DNA from: Squalus acanthias
Taxonomy: Eukaryota
Assembly (NCBI GenBank): GCA_030390025.1
Contig: CM059430.1
Location: forward strand, 61,690,001 to 61,754,000
Reading direction: 5' to 3'
Length of the DNA stretch: 64,000 nt
Shown: positions 62,930-64,000 of the stretch, piece after piece
Layout of the letters: the number at the start of each line of letters is the position of its first letter
Position numbering within the stretch: the first letter of the stretch is position 1
Translations under genes and position numbers: made by a program
Notes under the pieces: model-generated
The model's database searches: none
The model's input: only the letters and a program-made list of their open reading frames with translations
Told to the model about the DNA's origin: nothing

Positions 62930-63320
62930 AACATTTAGAGGTGATCTGACAGAGCTTTTTTAAATTATGAATGGGTTAGACAGGGTACATGTGGAATGAT
63001 TGTTTCCACTTGTGGGAAAATCCAAATCTAGGGGCCATAAATACAAGATAGTTACAAATAAATACAATAGAGAAATAAGGAGAAATTTATTTACTCAGAG
63101 AGTGGTTATAATGTGGAACTGTCTACCACAGGAATTGGTTGACGCAAATAGCTTAGAGGCTTTCAAAAGGAAACGTGACAAGTATATGAGAGAAAACAGA
63201 ATAGCAAGATATGCTGAAAGGCTGAGATGAGGTCGCTGGAATGGGAGGAGGCTCGTTTGGAGTATAAACACCAGCACAGACTAGTTGGGCTAAATGGCCT
63301 GTTTCTGTGCTGTATATTCT
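62930..63320 (+). mobile_element. CR1 3'-end fragment
   Basis: FPLVGKSKSRGHKYKI..FTQRVVIMWNCLP. Confidence 0.85.
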
Positions 63321-64000
63321 TTTTAGGACATGGAGAGAATAACCCACAGGATAGCTATACAACCAAGGCGATGCATTTGTGCGAATATGCGGTTTTTAAT
63401 TTAAAAAAAGCCAGCTTTCAATAATGAACCATTTCTTTATTTAACAGTGGCATTTTTTATTAAAGCCAATGATACCTTTTGCCATAAAAACGTGGCGCTC
63501 AGCGGGAATCGTTGAATCTTTGAGAATTAACAGATTTTTCTGGGTCTTTCAAACACAACATGGTTCATAGGTAATGATCATACACCGTCAGATATCATTG
63601 TCGCCCAATTTCGCTCCAGGTGAAGTGGTTTCCGTTTGCCAGCCATGCTAAACTTGCAGCATGAATCCAAGTCACGGCCTGTCCAGGTGGAGTAGGTCTC
63701 ACAGGGATGTGGTTTGATATCGCTCTAAGTGTAACTACAGTGGGATGGGAAATTATGTAAAAAAGATAAAGTTCCCAGGGAAACCATTGTGGTGTTCTTT
63801 ATTTCCTCATTTTGTACTGACCTACATCAGCATATGTGTTTCGCAGTGAAAACAAATGTTTCGTAGCTACAAATACAGTCTTCATCATGTAAGGCAGCAG
63901 AGAATCTTATTGATAGTGGTTTTAATGTGAACAGTGCTTATATCGAGTGTTACCAATATAAAACGATACATCCCATAGAGTTAGCTACATCTCCTTTTTC

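Noticed and set aside
1-64000. Prokaryotic systems (retron, DGR, CRISPR, group II intron) suggested by the many RT ORFs
   Set aside because: All RT motifs are CR1-group or Penelope types in decayed vertebrate repeats; there are no operons or regularly spaced repeat-spacer arrays.

Overview
Eukaryotic, repeat-dominated genomic DNA, most likely from a cartilaginous fish (shark-type CR1 LINEs, an HE1-like V-SINE, a Deu-domain SINE). Most predicted ORFs are decayed retroelement fragments. One apparently intact host gene can be built by hand on the + strand (about 39568-53897). Its exons are leader, germline-joined VJ Ig domain, C1-set Ig domain, a transmembrane exon with an intramembrane Arg, and a putative short tail, all joined by phase-1 GT-AG introns. 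This is a non-rearranging antigen-receptor-like molecule of about 270 aa. Other notable structures: (i) a 5.4 kb palindromic Penelope-like element (2146-7514) with a 13-bp target-site duplication, a one-sided 3' tail and a minimal hammerhead ribozyme in each arm; (ii) an 8 kb LTR provirus on the - strand (13820-21859) with a 4-bp TSD, a tRNA-Lys1,2-like PBS, coiled-coil plus CCHC gag, protease and an env-like remnant but no recognisable RT/IN; (iii) a second hammerhead-bearing Penelope-related family; (iv) Harbinger-like MITEs, one of which has its empty site visible in the sister LTR. Repeat boundaries were read by eye and are approximate unless a TSD or TIR is quoted.
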